Assembly: GCF_009914755.1 (NCBI RefSeq)
Contig: NC_060943.1
DNA: 64,000 nucleotides
Source: the human T2T-CHM13v2.0 reference genome, Homo sapiens
Reading direction: 5' to 3' (one strand)
This document shows, piece by piece, positions 1-22,407 of the stretch; within the stretch, counting starts at the first letter, position 1, and each line of letters opens with the position of its first letter. The position numbers were made by a program, and so were the translations under genes. The notes beneath the pieces were generated by a model that was not told where the DNA came from, searched no databases, and saw only the letters and a list, made by a program, of their open reading frames with translations.

Positions 1-335
1 CTTATTCAATTTAAACAAATATTTCCTGAGACCTTCATACATGCTATTCCATCTACCTGGAATACCCTCACCCACTCTATACACTCAAAGACCTCCTACT
101 CCTCATTCAAGAAAGAGCAGAATTTAATTATTAGGAAGAAGAAAAGTAAACCACAATGATAAACTGCTACACATCCATCAGATCAGCAAAATTAAAGCAT
201 CTGACAACACATAGTATTGGTGACAATGTGAAGCAAAGAGAGCTCTCATTCAGTGCTGGTGGGAGAGTAAACTGGTACTGACACTTCAGAAAAATAGTTG
301 GAGAGTGTAGTGTGCAGAAAAATTTCCTGCAAAAG

Positions 336-630
336 CCAGGCGCGGTGGCTCACGCCTGTAATCCCAGCACTTTGGGAGGCTGAGGCGGGCGGATCACGAA
401 GTCAGGAGATCAAGACTATCCTGGCTAACACGGTGAAATCCCGTCTCTACTAAAAATACAAAAAAAAAAAAATAGCCGGGCGTGGTGGTGGGCGACTGTA
501 GTCCCAGCTACTAGGGAGGCTGAGGCGGGAGAATGGCGGGAGGCGGAGCTTGCAGTGAGCCAAGATCGGGCCACTGCACTGCAACCTGGGCGACAGAACG
601 AGACTCCGTCTCAAAAAAAAAAAAAAAAAA
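336..630 (+). mobile_element. AluY-like with TSD, inserted in a MaLR LTR
   Basis: Alu body and A-tail; flanking direct repeat AGAAAAATTTCCTGC at about 316 and 639; small internal deletion in the right arm. Confidence 0.9.
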
Positions 631-639
631 AGAGGAAAG

Positions 640-1100
640 AAAAATTTCCTGCGAAAGATGTCCAGACTGAAGCTCTGGAACCTGTGAATGTTACCTTAAA
701 TGGCAAAAAGGACTTTGCAGATGTAATTAAAGATTGTGAAATGAAGAGATTATCCTGGATTATTTGGGTGGGCCCTTAAAGCAATCACATATACCCTTCT
801 AAGAGGGAGGCAGAGGAAGATTTGACACAGACAGAAGAGGAGAAGGCACCACAGAAGCAGAGATTGGAGTGATGCTGCCACAAGCCAAGGGATGGTGGTG
901 GCTACCAGAAGCTGAGATAGGCAAGGAACACATTCTCCCCTAAGCCTCAGGAGGGAGTGCAGTCCTGCTGGCACCTTAATTTCAGTCTAGTGGAACTGGT
1001 TTTAGATTTCTGGCTTCCTGAACTGTGAGAAAATACATTTATATTGTGTTAAGCCAGCACGTTTATGGTAATTTGTTATAGCAGTTACAAGAAACAGTAT
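640..1100 (+). mobile_element. MLT1-family (MaLR) LTR
   Basis: Typical MLT1 text: atgttacctta..ggcaaaaggactttgcagatgtaattaa..gaactgtgagaaaatacattt..tttgttatagcag. Confidence 0.8.
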
Positions 1101-1109
1101 AGACAGCCA

Positions 1110-1480
1110 AACCCATGCATACGCATACCTATGTCCAGCAATTCTATTTCCAGGTATATCCCTATAGAAACATAAGCATTTGTTCACCAAAAACCATGCA
1201 CAAGAATGTTCATAGCAGCATTATTCATAATAGCCTCCAACTGGAAACAACCCAAATGTCCATCAAAAGGTCAGTGCATGAACTCATTGTGTATATTCAT
1301 ACAATGGAGTACCATGATACGCCAATAAAAATGAGTCAACTACAGATAAGCAGAATATAGAAGAATCTCACAAACACAACGCTGGGTAAAGGAAACCAGA
1401 CACAACAGCAAACATATGGTATGATTCCATTTATATTATGTTCAAGAAGAGATAAAATTAACTCTATCACTGAGTGATGA
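1110..1480 (+). mobile_element. Old L1M 3' fragment
   Basis: caagaatgttcatagcagcattattcataatagc..aaacaacccaaatgtccatc..atgattccatttata. Confidence 0.75.
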
Positions 1481-1504
1481 AAAACTAGAAAATTGAAGAA
1501 AAGC

Positions 1505-3391
<1,887 letters not shown>

Positions 3392-3739
3392 AATATGAAC
3401 AGTTCGTTTCTGTCCTGCACTTTTCAGAATGTTATTTCACAACTAAACGTATCTGGGCGGTGGCGGTGGTGATTCGTAGCAGAAAGCACAGGGAGCTTCC
3501 CGGTGCCCCCAGCGTCCCCTGGGCTCCGACCCGCTGTGTCCACATCATCACAGGTGCCCTCCAGAGCCAGCACCCAGGCCACAGTCCCCTCAAGGACCTG
3601 TGGGCCATTTGCTGGGCCTGTCTCACATGATCTCCTTGTGTGTAACTGTCGGGTTCCAGGCCTGTGTCCCCACCTGTGCCTGCTCCCCACGCGGAAAAAC
3701 ATGGGGACAATGGCTGCTGACCCTCGAATGGGTGGTGGC

Positions 3740-4270
3740 GGCACGTTCTCACTTACCTCTGACTCTGTCCGTCTTACTACATCCCATTCAGGCACGTCCC
3801 GAGGCCTTCGCAAGGGCTGAAAAATTCCAGCAAAGGCTGTCCCCTGCCCAGAATACCCCGTCACTCTGTTGAACTCCTCCTCAGCCCGCACAGGCCAACC
3901 CAAGGTTCCGCTCCTCCGTGGGGCCACGCCGGCCTCCCACATCTCCCATGGGCTCCGATCTCCTGTGGCCCCACGCCCTGTCCCCACACGATCCTGTTTC
4001 TCTACCCGATGCTCCCAGGGTTGTCCTCCGGGCTCAGATCTGACCCACCTCCGGGCCCCGAGGGTCAGTCCCTCACCCCCCGCGCCTCGCCCGCACTCTT
4101 GACTAGCTCAAGGGAGCTCCACGGCGCATGCGCTCAGGGAGGCTCTGGAGGCGCGAGCCTCTGCCTCATGGTTCCCGCCAAGTGCACTGCGCCAGCGCAG
4201 ATCCCTTCAGCCTCAAGGTTGGCCCTCCTGACTTCTGGCAAGCACGTGCTGGCCAGAGGCACGTCTGGGG
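3740..4270 (-). promoter_or_regulatory. CpG-enriched promoter with minus-strand first exon (possibly a distal POU2F2 5' exon)
   Basis: Perfect NRF1 palindrome GCGCATGCGC at 4124-4133; consensus donor AGAG|GTAAGT after 3757. The POU2F2 assignment is inferred from known gene order only. Confidence 0.5.
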
Positions 4271-5267
4271 CTGAACAGGGTTAAGGGGGAGGTGACCCAG
4301 AGAATGGGGTGGGGCCAATGACATGGAACGGAAGCAGGGGCAGAGCCTGAAATGTGTCCAGCCTTGAGGTGGGACCCGTATTCAAATGAGGCCAGGAGAC
4401 AAGCCAGGGGCTAGGGGCTCAAGGGAATGGCAGGTCCTAGAATTTAGCCCAGTAATTGGGAGCCCAAACACAGGTAACCCCACCTAGAGGAGAGCCTCAG
4501 CCTTAGGTCATGAAAATGGAAGGGTCAGGGCAAGGGAGTGGAATTCCCCACCTCATTCCCCACCTAACTGCTGTCACTAAGGTACTCTCCATCTCAATGC
4601 TCCCACCACTCAGGTAAATCACCTGCCCTCTCTCAGTCCATTTCACATCAAACATGGGTTTAAAATCCCACAGTGTGGCTGGGGGCTAAATAGATCTTGA
4701 GTAGGTGTCCAGTGGAACTCAGCTTCCTCCCAGAGAGGGTCAAGGCAGAACCTGGGATCACACAGCAGCTGGCTCCACCAGGCCTTGGCTGCTGGATAGG
4801 ACTCACGACTAGACTTTGCCACTCCCCTCCTGCACATCAAGACGGGTCGAAATTCCAGAACAGGCTCCAAGGTGTGGGCAGGGGCACCCATCCCTGCAAG
4901 AAAGGCAGCCTTGGAAATCCCTGCCACCCTACCCCCACTCCCCACCCCTGAGGAAGGAAAACCCTGAATATTGAGTAAGAGAAACGAGTTCCTGAGCCCT
5001 TACATGAGGGGTGGGGGAAGGGCAGGAGGCCACAACCTCAGCTGGAGCCACAGAACAGCAGGAGGAAGTGTTTGGCCTCAGAAAGAACAGAGATCCAGGT
5101 GAAGAGAAGGTTAATGTCCAGGTGTGACCAGTGGGGAGCCACGTGGAGACAAATTCCAGGCAGAGAACCTCTGGCTGCCTATCTTTTCATTTTCCAAAGC
5201 TTAGGCGCTTCATCAGCCTTGGGTGTAGCTGGCCCACCTCACTGAACAAATTAAAAATCCTGGGAGT

Positions 5268-5950
<683 letters not shown>

Positions 5951-5998
5951 AAAGAGTCCTAGAGAGGCCGATGCCCACCTATGCCCTTTCCAGGGCAG

Positions 5999-6004
5999 TT
6001 TAAT
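5999..6004 (-). terminator. DEDD2: Probable DEDD2 poly(A) signal ATTAAA
   Basis: TTTAAT on + about 810 nt past the stop, at the end of unique sequence before an Alu. Confidence 0.65.
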
Positions 6005-6811
6005 TGGTATCATTTGTAAAAGGTCTTTTCCATCACCCCCAAAGCCTTTGCATTCCCTTTCCAAGAAGGTGGCTGTTTACTGGTTTTGGCCCCATGTGCA
6101 ACAGTAGGCCTTGGTATGATGCTGCCATAACACTCCCATGTGACACTCCAGGTGACATCCAAGTGCAAGTCTATGTTCAGCTCTGGACAGCAGGGGGGAA
6201 GGTGAGGAGAGTCAGGTCTGTAAATTGAAGCTGGGCAGGGCCCTGGCTGGCTGGAGATGTGTGGGCAAGGTGAGCAGGCCCCATGTGCACCCCAGCTCCA
6301 GTGCCCACTGATGTGGCTGAAGCCCAGGTTGGTTGTGGTCAAATTAGAGGTCCTGAGAGAGAAGCCCTTAGGCCAAAGAAGTGTGTGCTGGGAAGCAGGC
6401 CAGGGCAGAGGCCCAGGGAAGATCTCAGCAGGGGCAGTGTGAGCATGAGCGAGTGTGTGCACCTGTGACAGTGCAGACAGCCCAAGATCAGAGATACAAT
6501 GTGCAGGGGGGCCTTTGGTGAGTGTGTAGCTGTGCCCCTCCCTTCTGAGATACAGGCCCAGCCCCCGCCTCCGGAGGCTAAGGGGGCACACCTGGGGGTA
6601 GGAGGAGTCTGGGAAGGAAACTCAGCTGGAAATGGTTTAGGCCTCAGAGCCCACATCCTGTGGGAGGGGCTGTCAAGGGGCCTGCTGTCCCGGTCCTGTC
6701 GCAGTCCTCAAAGATGCTAGAGTGACAGTCCTCTAGGGGTAGAGATGGTCGTCCTCCCAGGAGAAGGTGGCCCGGAGACTTGGAGGTGGGATCAATCCTG
6801 CCAGTCCTGGA

Positions 6812-7203
6812 TCAGGAGGCCTCTGTCGGGCGCCGCCCCCCTTCCTCCTCCATCAGCAACAGGCGGCGCCGGCCAGCCTCATAGTCAGCCTCATCCACAC
6901 TGACCAGCAGGCGAACAGCCTCCCGGCCCACAGCCTCTCGCAGGGCCTCAGTCAGGAACACGCCCCGCAGGGCCTGCAGCAGGGCGCCACTCAGGTAGTC
7001 GCCCCAGAAGGCGTCCAGATAGGAGAGCTCTGAGAACTTGATGTCACAAACCACAGAGCCCAGGTCCCTTGAGCGCAGCACTGCGGTGGCCTGCCCAAAC
7101 ACGTCCAGCTGCCGCGCCAGCGCCTGGGGCCGCCGGGATGCCACGCCCTGCTCCAAGGCTGGCCCATGCTCGCAGTACTCTGCTCGAACCCGGAGCCGGA
7201 TGT
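6812..7203 (-). CDS. DEDD2: DEDD2 last coding exon (C-terminal region)
   Basis: Acceptor cctgcag|AC; reads (D)IRLRVRAEYCEHG...RRPTEAS* with TGA at 6814-6812. The four coding exons sum to 328+120+141+392=981 nt = 326 aa. Confidence 0.96.
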
Positions 7204-8394
7204 CTGCAGGGGAAGGAGGGATTTGTCAGGGAGGGGGCCAACACTAGACACACTTATGGGGAACGCCACCCTTCCTCCCTCCAGCCTTCTCCCTCCACCC
7301 CCTTCCGGTAGCCACACCCTAGTCCTGACACAGCCTCCCCGGCTCTGTGGGGTTCCCTGACCAAGTACGTCCTCCTCTTCTCCAGCCCACCACCTCCTCA
7401 CTGCTCCAACAAGCCTCCCCACCGCCAGGGGTGCTCTTTCCCTGGATCTGCACAACACTTGCTCCCTCTCTTCCTGCAGGTCTTTGCTCAAAAGCCACCT
7501 TGCCAACAAGGCCCACCTAGGCCAACCTATTTACAGCTGTAACCACCCACCCAGCCCTCTCTGCAGCATGCCAGGTCCCACACCCTGCTCCATTTTTGTC
7601 CAAGGCACTTATCACCTTCCAACCTCCTCTGTCAGTTACTATCTGCTCATTATCTGTCTCTACACTCAGCATGGAGAGACAGATGACAGCAAGGAAGGGG
7701 TTTTTGTCTGTTTTGTTCACTTGTGTAACTGTGGCACATAGTAGGTGTTCAATATGTATTTGTGAAGAACTAATGCATGAACTAATGGACTTGCCTTAAG
7801 GCAACCAGCCTCACACCCTGCCCCCAAACAATGAGATTCACATGGTGCCAACCACATCCCCATCCCTCCCATCCACCTGAGCCAGCACTGCGGATGCACA
7901 GGGTCCTGACCAGGCCCGGGAGGCTTGCGGCTGGACCTGTGCTGGCTCTACTGGGAGTCAGGTACTCTCTTGCCACAGAGCTGCTAAGATGATGGGTTGG
8001 AAGCCCAGAGCTGCTGGGAGCCACTGTGCCAAGAGGAGAGAAGGAAGCCTACGCAGGGCCAGCCCCAGAGATAAAAAGATTCCTGAGGTCATCACATGAG
8101 CCCACGATCGTAGCTGGATTTTCAGCTACACTCAACTCCCCTTTTTGCTGAAGCCAGTTTGAGTCGGTTTCTGTCACAACTCTCCCCACATCTGCGCAAA
8201 AGAGGTGGCAGCTGTGTACAGGGGACAGGACACTGGACTTCTAAGGCTATCCTGTAATCATGAACTTCACATACCACCTCTCTTCCAGAATTTCTGAATT
8301 CCCACCCATCACTTAGGCTAGTGACAGTACCCCCTCTCTCTACACACCCAACGAGGCTGTCCTGAGGATCAGCTGTGAGCCAGAAACAGCAGCA

Positions 8395-8580
8395 GCCAAC
8401 ACTTACAGAGTGCCGACTATCTGCCAGGCGCCAAGTGCTTGAATCACAGAAACTCATTTAACCTATAAATGACCCTGTGGGACAGGTCCTATTATCACCC
8501 CCAACTTACAGATGAAAAAATGGAGGCCAAGAGAAGTGAAGTGACTTGCCCAAGGTCACACGGCCAGACAATGGCAGTGC
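8395..8580. mobile_element. MIR element
   Basis: MIR core: ttacagatgaaaaaatggaggcc..agtgacttgcccaaggtcacac. Similar MIRs near 9370-9530, 10330-10560 and 16200-16740. Confidence 0.75.
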
Positions 8581-11500
8581 CTGACAGAGGTCATTTAACC
8601 TCCTATGTCCCTGAGAGAAGGCTCCTCAATCAATGAAGTGGATTCCCACACAGGAGCCTTCAGCAGTGTGACCTGTGACAAGTCACAACCTCTCTGAGCA
8701 TGGGTTCCTGCCTAAACAAGGGGACAATTCCTACTGTGAGGAGCTGTTAAGAGGATTAAAAAGAGAGCAATGGATAGAAAGGAACAAGCTAGCACTGCAC
8801 ACAGTGTCCAAGGGGTGCTCCCAGAATGGCAGCCACCAACCCCTCTGATAGGCCAATTGCCTGACCCTTGGGGATGCAGTAGAATCAGCCCTGTGGGGCA
8901 GAGGCCACCTTCAGCCCACTTGACAGATGAGGAAACAAGGCTCTGGGAGGGAATGTCTCATGCTGTGGCTCCCTTCAACTTTCACAGACCATGTCAGCCA
9001 CAGAGCAGAAAGGAGAATGCAGGGCCCCTGCTCCCCAAGACAACTTCACAGCCCTGCCCACTTCCTCCTTCCACCCCAAACCCTTCCTCTTTCTGGCTCT
9101 AGGGGAACCCCATCCTCTCCACCCAACGCCCAGGGAAGCCTGCCCAGCCTCAGCCCCCAGGCCCTCCCATGGCATTCAGACCCAGCTGTCTCTACCCAGA
9201 CGACCAGATCCTTGACTGCATCCTTGACTCCAGTAAGCAACTGGCCATGACCTCAATCAATGTGGGTGGGAGAGCAGGGGGCTGGGAGGAGCAGCACCTC
9301 TTCCAGGCCACCCAGGAGTGGTTGGCCACAGAGGCAGGGCCAGGTGGCGGAGTCCAACAGACCTTGAGGTGAGTCCCAGCTCTGCCACTCTCTAAGCTGT
9401 GGGGCCTTGGGCATGTGACCTTACCTCTCTGAGCCTGTTTCCCCATCTGAAACACAAACAAACAAGAGGTCCCTGCTGCACATTGAAGTCACAAGGATTA
9501 AATGAGGCAACTCATAAAATGCTTGCTTACAGCCCTACGACAAAGAAGGCTCCCAGAAACAGGAACTGTAATTTCGACACCCAACTCCCTACACCCATGG
9601 CCCTCACCCAGGCCTTCATCTCTCTCTCACGGGTCCCTAAGCCAACCTCCTCCTTGGACTCCTCCAGTCCCTGCCGTGTCCCCCCATACCCTGCACTCCA
9701 GTCACAAGAAAATGTTCCCAACAAGAGCCTTACTTACAAAATGACCTGTCCACCTCCTCCATCCAGAACATTTGCCAAGGCTCAGCTCGTGGGAGCCCCA
9801 CATCCTGCCCAGTTGAATCCTCTCTCAGCTCGTCCTTCTCCCCAGCATGGACCTCTGGTATAAGTTCTCAATCCACCCAGAGCCCCCACCATGTCAGAGT
9901 GGACAGGTCACAGGGACAAGGCCAGAGCAATCTCCATGCCCCCATTCAATCTCTTATTCAACAGATATTTTATGAATGCCAGGCATGCTAGGGTGACACA
10001 AGAACCTTGCCACAAGTGGGACGGGGAGACATGTAACCCACAGTTAGGAAGCACTCCCCACAAGCCAGGCTCTACTCAAGGGCTTTCCTCTCTCAGCCCA
10101 CCTAATCCTCAGAGTACTTTCACCAGCCCCATTTACAGATGAGCAAATCCTTCAGCAGACCACACACTCCCACCTCTGAGCTGGAAAACATGATCATGGT
10201 GCACAGGGAAAAGACAGGGAGGTGCCACCAGGCAATAGGAGCAGGCGAGGCTTCTCTGAGCCTCTGCTCCACCCTTAGCACCCAATCACGTGCTTTACCC
10301 CTCCCCAAAATAATCACAACAGGTGACACCTGCCTATAGCTTTTACTACAGGCTGGCACGGTACTACATACTTCACATCTGCTGACCCCTTTGATTGTCC
10401 CCACAACAATCAGGTGATGCTGTTATTATTCCCTTTCTGCAGATGGGGAAATTGAGGCACACAGGTTGAGTCACCTGCCTAAGGCCACCAGATAGGAAAT
10501 GGCAGAGCTGGAATTTTACCTCACGTGTATGGCTCCAGTGCCCGAGCTCTTAACTACCCCTATCCTGTTGGCTACCTCACACAGAACCATACACATCAAA
10601 TACACAACTAAAAGACATCCTGAGAGCCAGCAGAGAAAATTAGACAGGGCGAGTTATAGTTCAGATTGAAAGGATCAGAGAGGATCTCTCTAGGAAATGA
10701 CATCTGAAGTAAAATGTGAAGGAGGACAAGTAGGTTTAGAAAGAAAAACAGGAGAGAAAAAAAGAATGGCATTCTCAGGAGAGATGAGCATTTATGGAAG
10801 TCCAGAGAGAAAATGAACTTCAGGCCTGCACAGGCTGAGGGGCCGGCGTGGCAGGAACGTGGAGGGGAGAAGGGCGCTAAGGGAGAACGGGCAGCCAGGT
10901 CAGGGAGGCTGATCTCAATCCCAATCGCCAGCAGACTCAAGATTCTAGGGCCTCTGGAAGTGACCACACCTCTCTGTACCTCGGTGGCCTCCTGTGTAAA
11001 ACAAGGCTCCCCCTAACATCCGCCCATGTGGGGTTACTGTGAGAATTCAAGGCTCAATGCAAGGAAAGAGGGGAGGCCAGGAAGGCCAGGCATGCAGAGA
11101 GGACAGGAGGCAGGACCTGCCAACTTAGGGGCAACTCCAGCTGTGCTGTGAAGTGGCAGGTGGGTAGAAACAGGGCCAGGGCAGCAGGCAGGGGAAGGGT
11201 CACAAATGGCTGTCCAGGATGGGAGCAGTAGACATGGAGAGAAGTGGAGGAACTGTCCAGTGTGGCCCTGAGGTGGCAGGCAGGAAGAGCACCCAGCACC
11301 ATGTGCGCTGGACCGTGGGCTGGCTGCATCTTTTCCATTTTGGCAGCTGTGGGGAAAAGTTCCCTGTCCCTGGGAGGGTGGGGGGCAGGTGCCATGCCTT
11401 CCTAGAGAGGAGAGCTGCTCCTGCTTCCTGCACTCAGGTGGGCCCAGCACCCTCTTGTCCCCCACCCCCACCTCACCAGTCTCTCTTCTGGGGCAAATGG

Positions 11501-11635
11501 GACATCAAGTGAAATGGGCTTCTCAGTGGGGGACCAGGGTGAAGTTCAAGGGAGCAGGCCCTGGGCTGGGTGTGTCTGGGAGCCCAGAGATGAACCTCAC
11601 TCAAGTCGTCTCTCTAAGAGTTCCTAGTTGGGTGG

Positions 11636-12025
11636 TGATAAGGTTTGGATGTATGTTCTCTCCAAATCTCATGTGGAAATGTGACTCCAACATTGTAGGT
11701 GGAACCTCATGGAAGGTGTTGGATCATGGGGCTGGGTCCCTCATGAATCCCTTGGTGATGAGTGAGTTCTTGCTCTGGTATTTCCCGTGAGAGCTGGTTA
11801 AGAGTGTGGCAGCTCCCCCACCCCCCAACTCTCACCATGTGACAAGCCTGCTCCCCTTGGCCTTCCACCATGAATGGAAGCTTCCGGAGGTCCTCAACAG
11901 AAGCAGATGCTGGCACCCTGCTTCTTGTACAGCCTGCAGAACCGTGAGCCAAGTAAATCTCTTTTCTTTACAAATTACACAGTCTCAGGTATTTCTTTAT
12001 AGCAACACAAAAATGAACTAACAAA
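11636..12025. mobile_element. MST/THE1-family MaLR solo LTR
   Basis: tgataaggtttgg..ccaaatctcatg..agaaccgtgagccaa..ctttatagcaacac..actaaca; possible TSD ggtgg/gatgg. Confidence 0.8.
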
Positions 12026-12721
12026 GATGGGCTGGGGAAGAAGAGGACCTGTGCTCCCACAACACTGGGAGATGCTTCCGGCCTTGCTGGAGAGAGGCAG
12101 CCAAGGTGCTTCAGTGGAGAGACCCCACCCCCGCCCCGCCCCCACACCAGGACCAGCACCAGCCCCCTCTGGACAATGGTGGGAACCCTCCCAGCATCTT
12201 GGCTTGCCTCCCTCGTCTCTTCTCCACAACAAAGCCAGCATCATCATGTCAAATGGAAAGTTTTTCAACTCCTACTGAGTTCAACTCCTACTGAATTGAG
12301 GCAATGAGGAGAAGCTGCCTCCAACTCCAGAGAGGGATAAGCAGCCATCACCTGCTTCCTGATGGAGGCGCACAACACACCCTCAGAAGCGGGATTGAGG
12401 AAAACAAAACATCAAACCAGAATCTGATCAAGCCTCTCCAGACCCCACTACCCATCTTCAGGAAATACAAAAGACAGGGTAGAACACACTGAATCAACCC
12501 TACTGCAGGATACAGTCAGCAAAATCCAGTCTTCGGGAAATGCCACAGGACAACTGCTTTAGAAAAATACAACGCAAGGCGGAGAAAGAGAGATGGTAGG
12601 GGAAAGGAGAGACTTCAGAGAACCTACATTTATAAAACAACTGAAAATCTGAGCACCGATCAGATATTTGATAGTAAGGAGTTACTAATCTTTTTTGGCG
12701 TGAAACCCTATTTTTATCTTT

Positions 12722-13478
12722 GGCCAGCCACAGTGGCTCACACCTGTAATCCCAACACTTTGGGAGGCCCAGGCGGGTGGATCACCTGAGGTCGGGAGTT
12801 CGAGACCAGCCTGACCAACATGGAGAAACCCTGTCTATTAAAAATACAAAATTAGCCGGGTGTGGTAGCACATGCCTGTAATCCTAGCTACTCGGGAGGC
12901 TGAGGCAGGAGAATCGCTTCAACCCGGGAGGCAGAGGTTGCGGTAGGCTGAGATCACGTCATTGCACTCCAGCCTGGGCAACAACAGCAAAACTCCATCT
13001 CAAAAAAAAAAATCTCTTTTCAAGATACACAGTGAAACATCTACAGATGAGATCATAGGGCAACCAGAATTGACTCCAAAATTCCTAATTATCCTAAGAT
13101 GAGATCAGCCATGAGTTGACAATGGCTAAAGCTAGTCTATCTACTTTGGTGTATTTTCCATAGAAAAAATTGCAGGGGCCAGGCGGTGGCTCATGCCTGT
13201 AATCCCAGCACTTTGGGAGGCCAAGGCAGGTGAATCGCTTTGAGCTCAGGAGTTCGAGACCAGCCTGGGCAACAGGGCAAGATCCTGCCTCTAAAAAAAC
13301 ACACAGAAATTAGCCAGGCATGCTGGATCACGCTTGTAGTTCCAGCTACTCAGGAGGCTGAGGTTGGAGAATCACTTGACCTGGGAAGCGGAGGCTGCAG
13401 TGAGCTGAGACTGCGCCACTGTGCTCCAGCCTGGGCGACGGAGACCCTGTCTCATAATTTAAAAAAAAAAAAAAAAAT
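12722..13478 (+). mobile_element. Two Alus (about 12722-13011 and 13178-13478)
   Basis: Alu consensus with A-tails. Confidence 0.88.
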
Positions 13479-16301
13479 TGCAGGGGAGAAGCAAAGCTGA
13501 TCCTGTCATTCAAATCCTCCAACTGCTTTCCATAATAAAAAAAAAAAAAATGCAAAGCCCAGGCCCTGCAGGATCTGCCCTGGTTCCCTCTCCCGCCCTC
13601 ACCTCCTAGGGGTCTCCACCCTACTCCTCCATTCCTGTCAGTTTCCTTGCCATCCTCCACGCTGCCCTTGAGCACTGGCACATCCCACTTGGGCCTGTGC
13701 TCCCGCTGTCCTCTCCATCGGGAACACCCTTCCCCTGACATCTGAAATCTCTCTCTTGGCTTTCTCCCACCACAGCACAAGCTCAATGAGGGCAAGGTCT
13801 CCCACCCCGGCTGACCTAGCATATAGTAAATACCCTATAAATACATATGGAATAAACAAATAAACAAACCCAAGTTTCAGCCAAGCTCTGCCCCCTGCCA
13901 CTCAGACTAGTGACCGCCTTTCCCTGATCGTGCCTCTTCCTTTGCAAGATGTCATCCCACCTCAATGGCTGTCTTGAGAATTCAGGGCCGAGTAGTGCCC
14001 ACCACAGACCCTGAGAGGCACATGGTCGCTCAGATGTCCTGTGTCCAACCCTAGGACCACCAAGGTGTCCTTCCTCACTGTCTCAGGCAGTCGAGAGTTT
14101 GTCTAGTTCTATCCCTCAATGGAGGGCAGCTGGCTGGGGGTCACAGGTATCACAGGTGAGGAAGAGTCAAGAATAGCAGGCCTCTTCTTCAGTCAGGCCT
14201 CCTTCCACCTCTGGCATTCGGCCTCTCTAAAAAGTAAGCCATTCCATTTTTCAGAGGGAAAAACAGGAGCCCAGATGGGGAGAGCCTCACTCCAGCCCCA
14301 CCCTGCCTGGTGAGTCAGCAGTCAGACCTGCTCACCCATCTCCCATCAAGACCTAGCCAAGCCCTGGTTAACGACCTCCTCGCCTCGGGAAAGAGACCTG
14401 AAGCCTCCCTTGGCCTGTTCCTATCTTCCTTGAGGCAATGACTCCCTCACCTGCCCAGCCAGCCTGGTGGCTCTGGGAATTACTGGCTGATTCGAGGGGG
14501 AGTCACCACCAGGCAACCACCCCCTCAAACCCTGCCGCGCAAGCCCACATAGCTGCCTGAGGACCCAGGGCTGGCTCTCTAGGTCTGTTCCTTCTGACAG
14601 CACCCAGCACAGGTTATCTGCTGCCTCATCTACAAAGCAGGCATGATGCCCACTCCCTGGAGGGCCATTATGGGCACTAGGAGGGGGCAGGTGCGCGTGC
14701 TTTGTGGGCTGGAGAAAGCTCTGCAGATGGTAGAAGGAAGCACCCCCAGGCCAAGGTCTCCTAGAAGACAGGACATGCCAGCATCTCACCAGCTCCAACT
14801 TGGTCTTCTGACCTCCAGCTTCCACAATGGCCTCCTCCCCTGAACCCTTCCACTCCCCCCAGGGGCCTCCTCCCCTCCCTCAGCAGCCTCAGCCCTTTGC
14901 AGGGGCTCGGCACCACCCCTGGCCTCATGTTTCATTAGGGCACTTGTCACTAGCTGATGCCGTCTGCTACGCTGGCTTATTTTCGAGTTATCTGTCTTGC
15001 CCACTATAACGTAAACTCCTGGAGGCTGAGGACTTTCTTCACCTGGTCCAATTCTGAGCCCTCCGTGCCTGGAACAGTGCTTGGCATAAAGATGATCCTA
15101 ATAAAAACTGGATGAAGGAATTAACAAACCCTTCCATGGCTCCCTCACCCACCACCCCCTAGAATAAAATCCAAACCAAGGCCCCCCACCTGCCTCATCT
15201 CCCCCTGCTCCCACCCACAAAGCCTCTGCTCCAGACAGACTCAGCCCTGACCACATCCGGCTGGGGACGTTGTACGCATGAGTCACTCTGCCAGAATCAC
15301 CCTTCCCAGCTCCTCTTCCAGCTTCCTTGAGCTTGTTCTAGACATGGCACCTCCACAAGGAAACTGGGGCTGGCCAGGAGACTCCCTGCACACCCCAGAG
15401 CCCCTGCACTCACAATACCCGTGCCACCTGTCACATCAGCCTGGCTGCCACTTCCCTCATCTGTCTTCCCTGCAGCCTGAGAGCTCGAAGACCATATCTG
15501 ATCCCTTCTGTGTTTCCCAAGCTTGCCCAACTAGAGAAAGGAGTACTACAGTTGAGGCGGTGCTCATTGCTGTGTCCTCCCCACATGACCAAGTGGAATT
15601 TCTCAAGAGCAAGGTCAAAGTAGTCTCACAGCAGAGTCCCCAACCCACCCAACCCATCGTGTCTACAGTCAGCCCTATGGCCAGTGCCCTTCCTTATTTC
15701 CTAGGTCACTTCTCCTCACCCTCTCCAACACGACCCCCAGGCCAGACCTCTGCCTAGTCCTTCTCCACAGACCTCACAGCCTCTTCAAGCGATTAATTTA
15801 ATCTACGTAACACATGCCTAGCAGAGCACCTACTAGAAGCCCAGTGCATCCTAAACACTTTGAAAACCCTAACTTGCTTATTAACTGATTTTCCAGATGG
15901 AGTTAGAGTTCCCTGAAGAGGAATCACATCACGTCACCCTCCTGCTCAAAACCCACTGCCAGTGCCTGGCGCATGGAATAAAATCCAAACTGTCATCCCT
16001 GCCGTGGCCCGCGAGGCCAAGCTGCTCCGGCCCCAGCCTGGCTCCTCCACCTGCTCCCACCCTCTCTTGGTGGCACTTATCATTGTCTAAAATGATCTTC
16101 AGTTTCACTGGTCACCTGACTAGGTCAGCTCCACAAGAGCCGGGAACCTTGCTGCAGCACTCCTGCCCCAGGCACACTGCACAGCAACAGTGAGAACAAA
16201 CCCTCGTACAGCGTGTGCCGGGTTGGGCACTGCTCCAGGCATACTGTGGGTAAATTTGTTTTCTCACAACAATCCAAACAGGGAGGTGATTATCAGCCTC
16301 A

Positions 16302-22163
<5,862 letters not shown>

Positions 22164-22372
22164 ACTGGGGGTGGTGAGAATAAATAAGTTAATTGGGGCA
22201 TGGCAATTAAAATAATACAATTAGAGATACTCAGCATGAATAAATCTCAGACACATCTAGCAAAGACAGCCAGGTGCAGAGTAATACCCACAATGTAATG
22301 CCATTTAAACGAAACACGAAACTATGTGCAACAATTCTGTATGTTGCTTCAGAACAGAGTATCTGTAGCAAT

Positions 22373-22374
<2 letters not shown>

Positions 22375-22405
<31 letters not shown>
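22375..22405. repeat. (CA)n microsatellite, about 15 units
   Basis: Seen directly, about 100 nt from a DEDD2 exon donor. Confidence 0.95.

Positions 22406-22407
<2 letters not shown>

Noticed and set aside
12264-12295. 16-bp tandem duplication ttcaactcctactga(g/a)
   Set aside because: Ordinary slippage within an old repeat; no supporting context.
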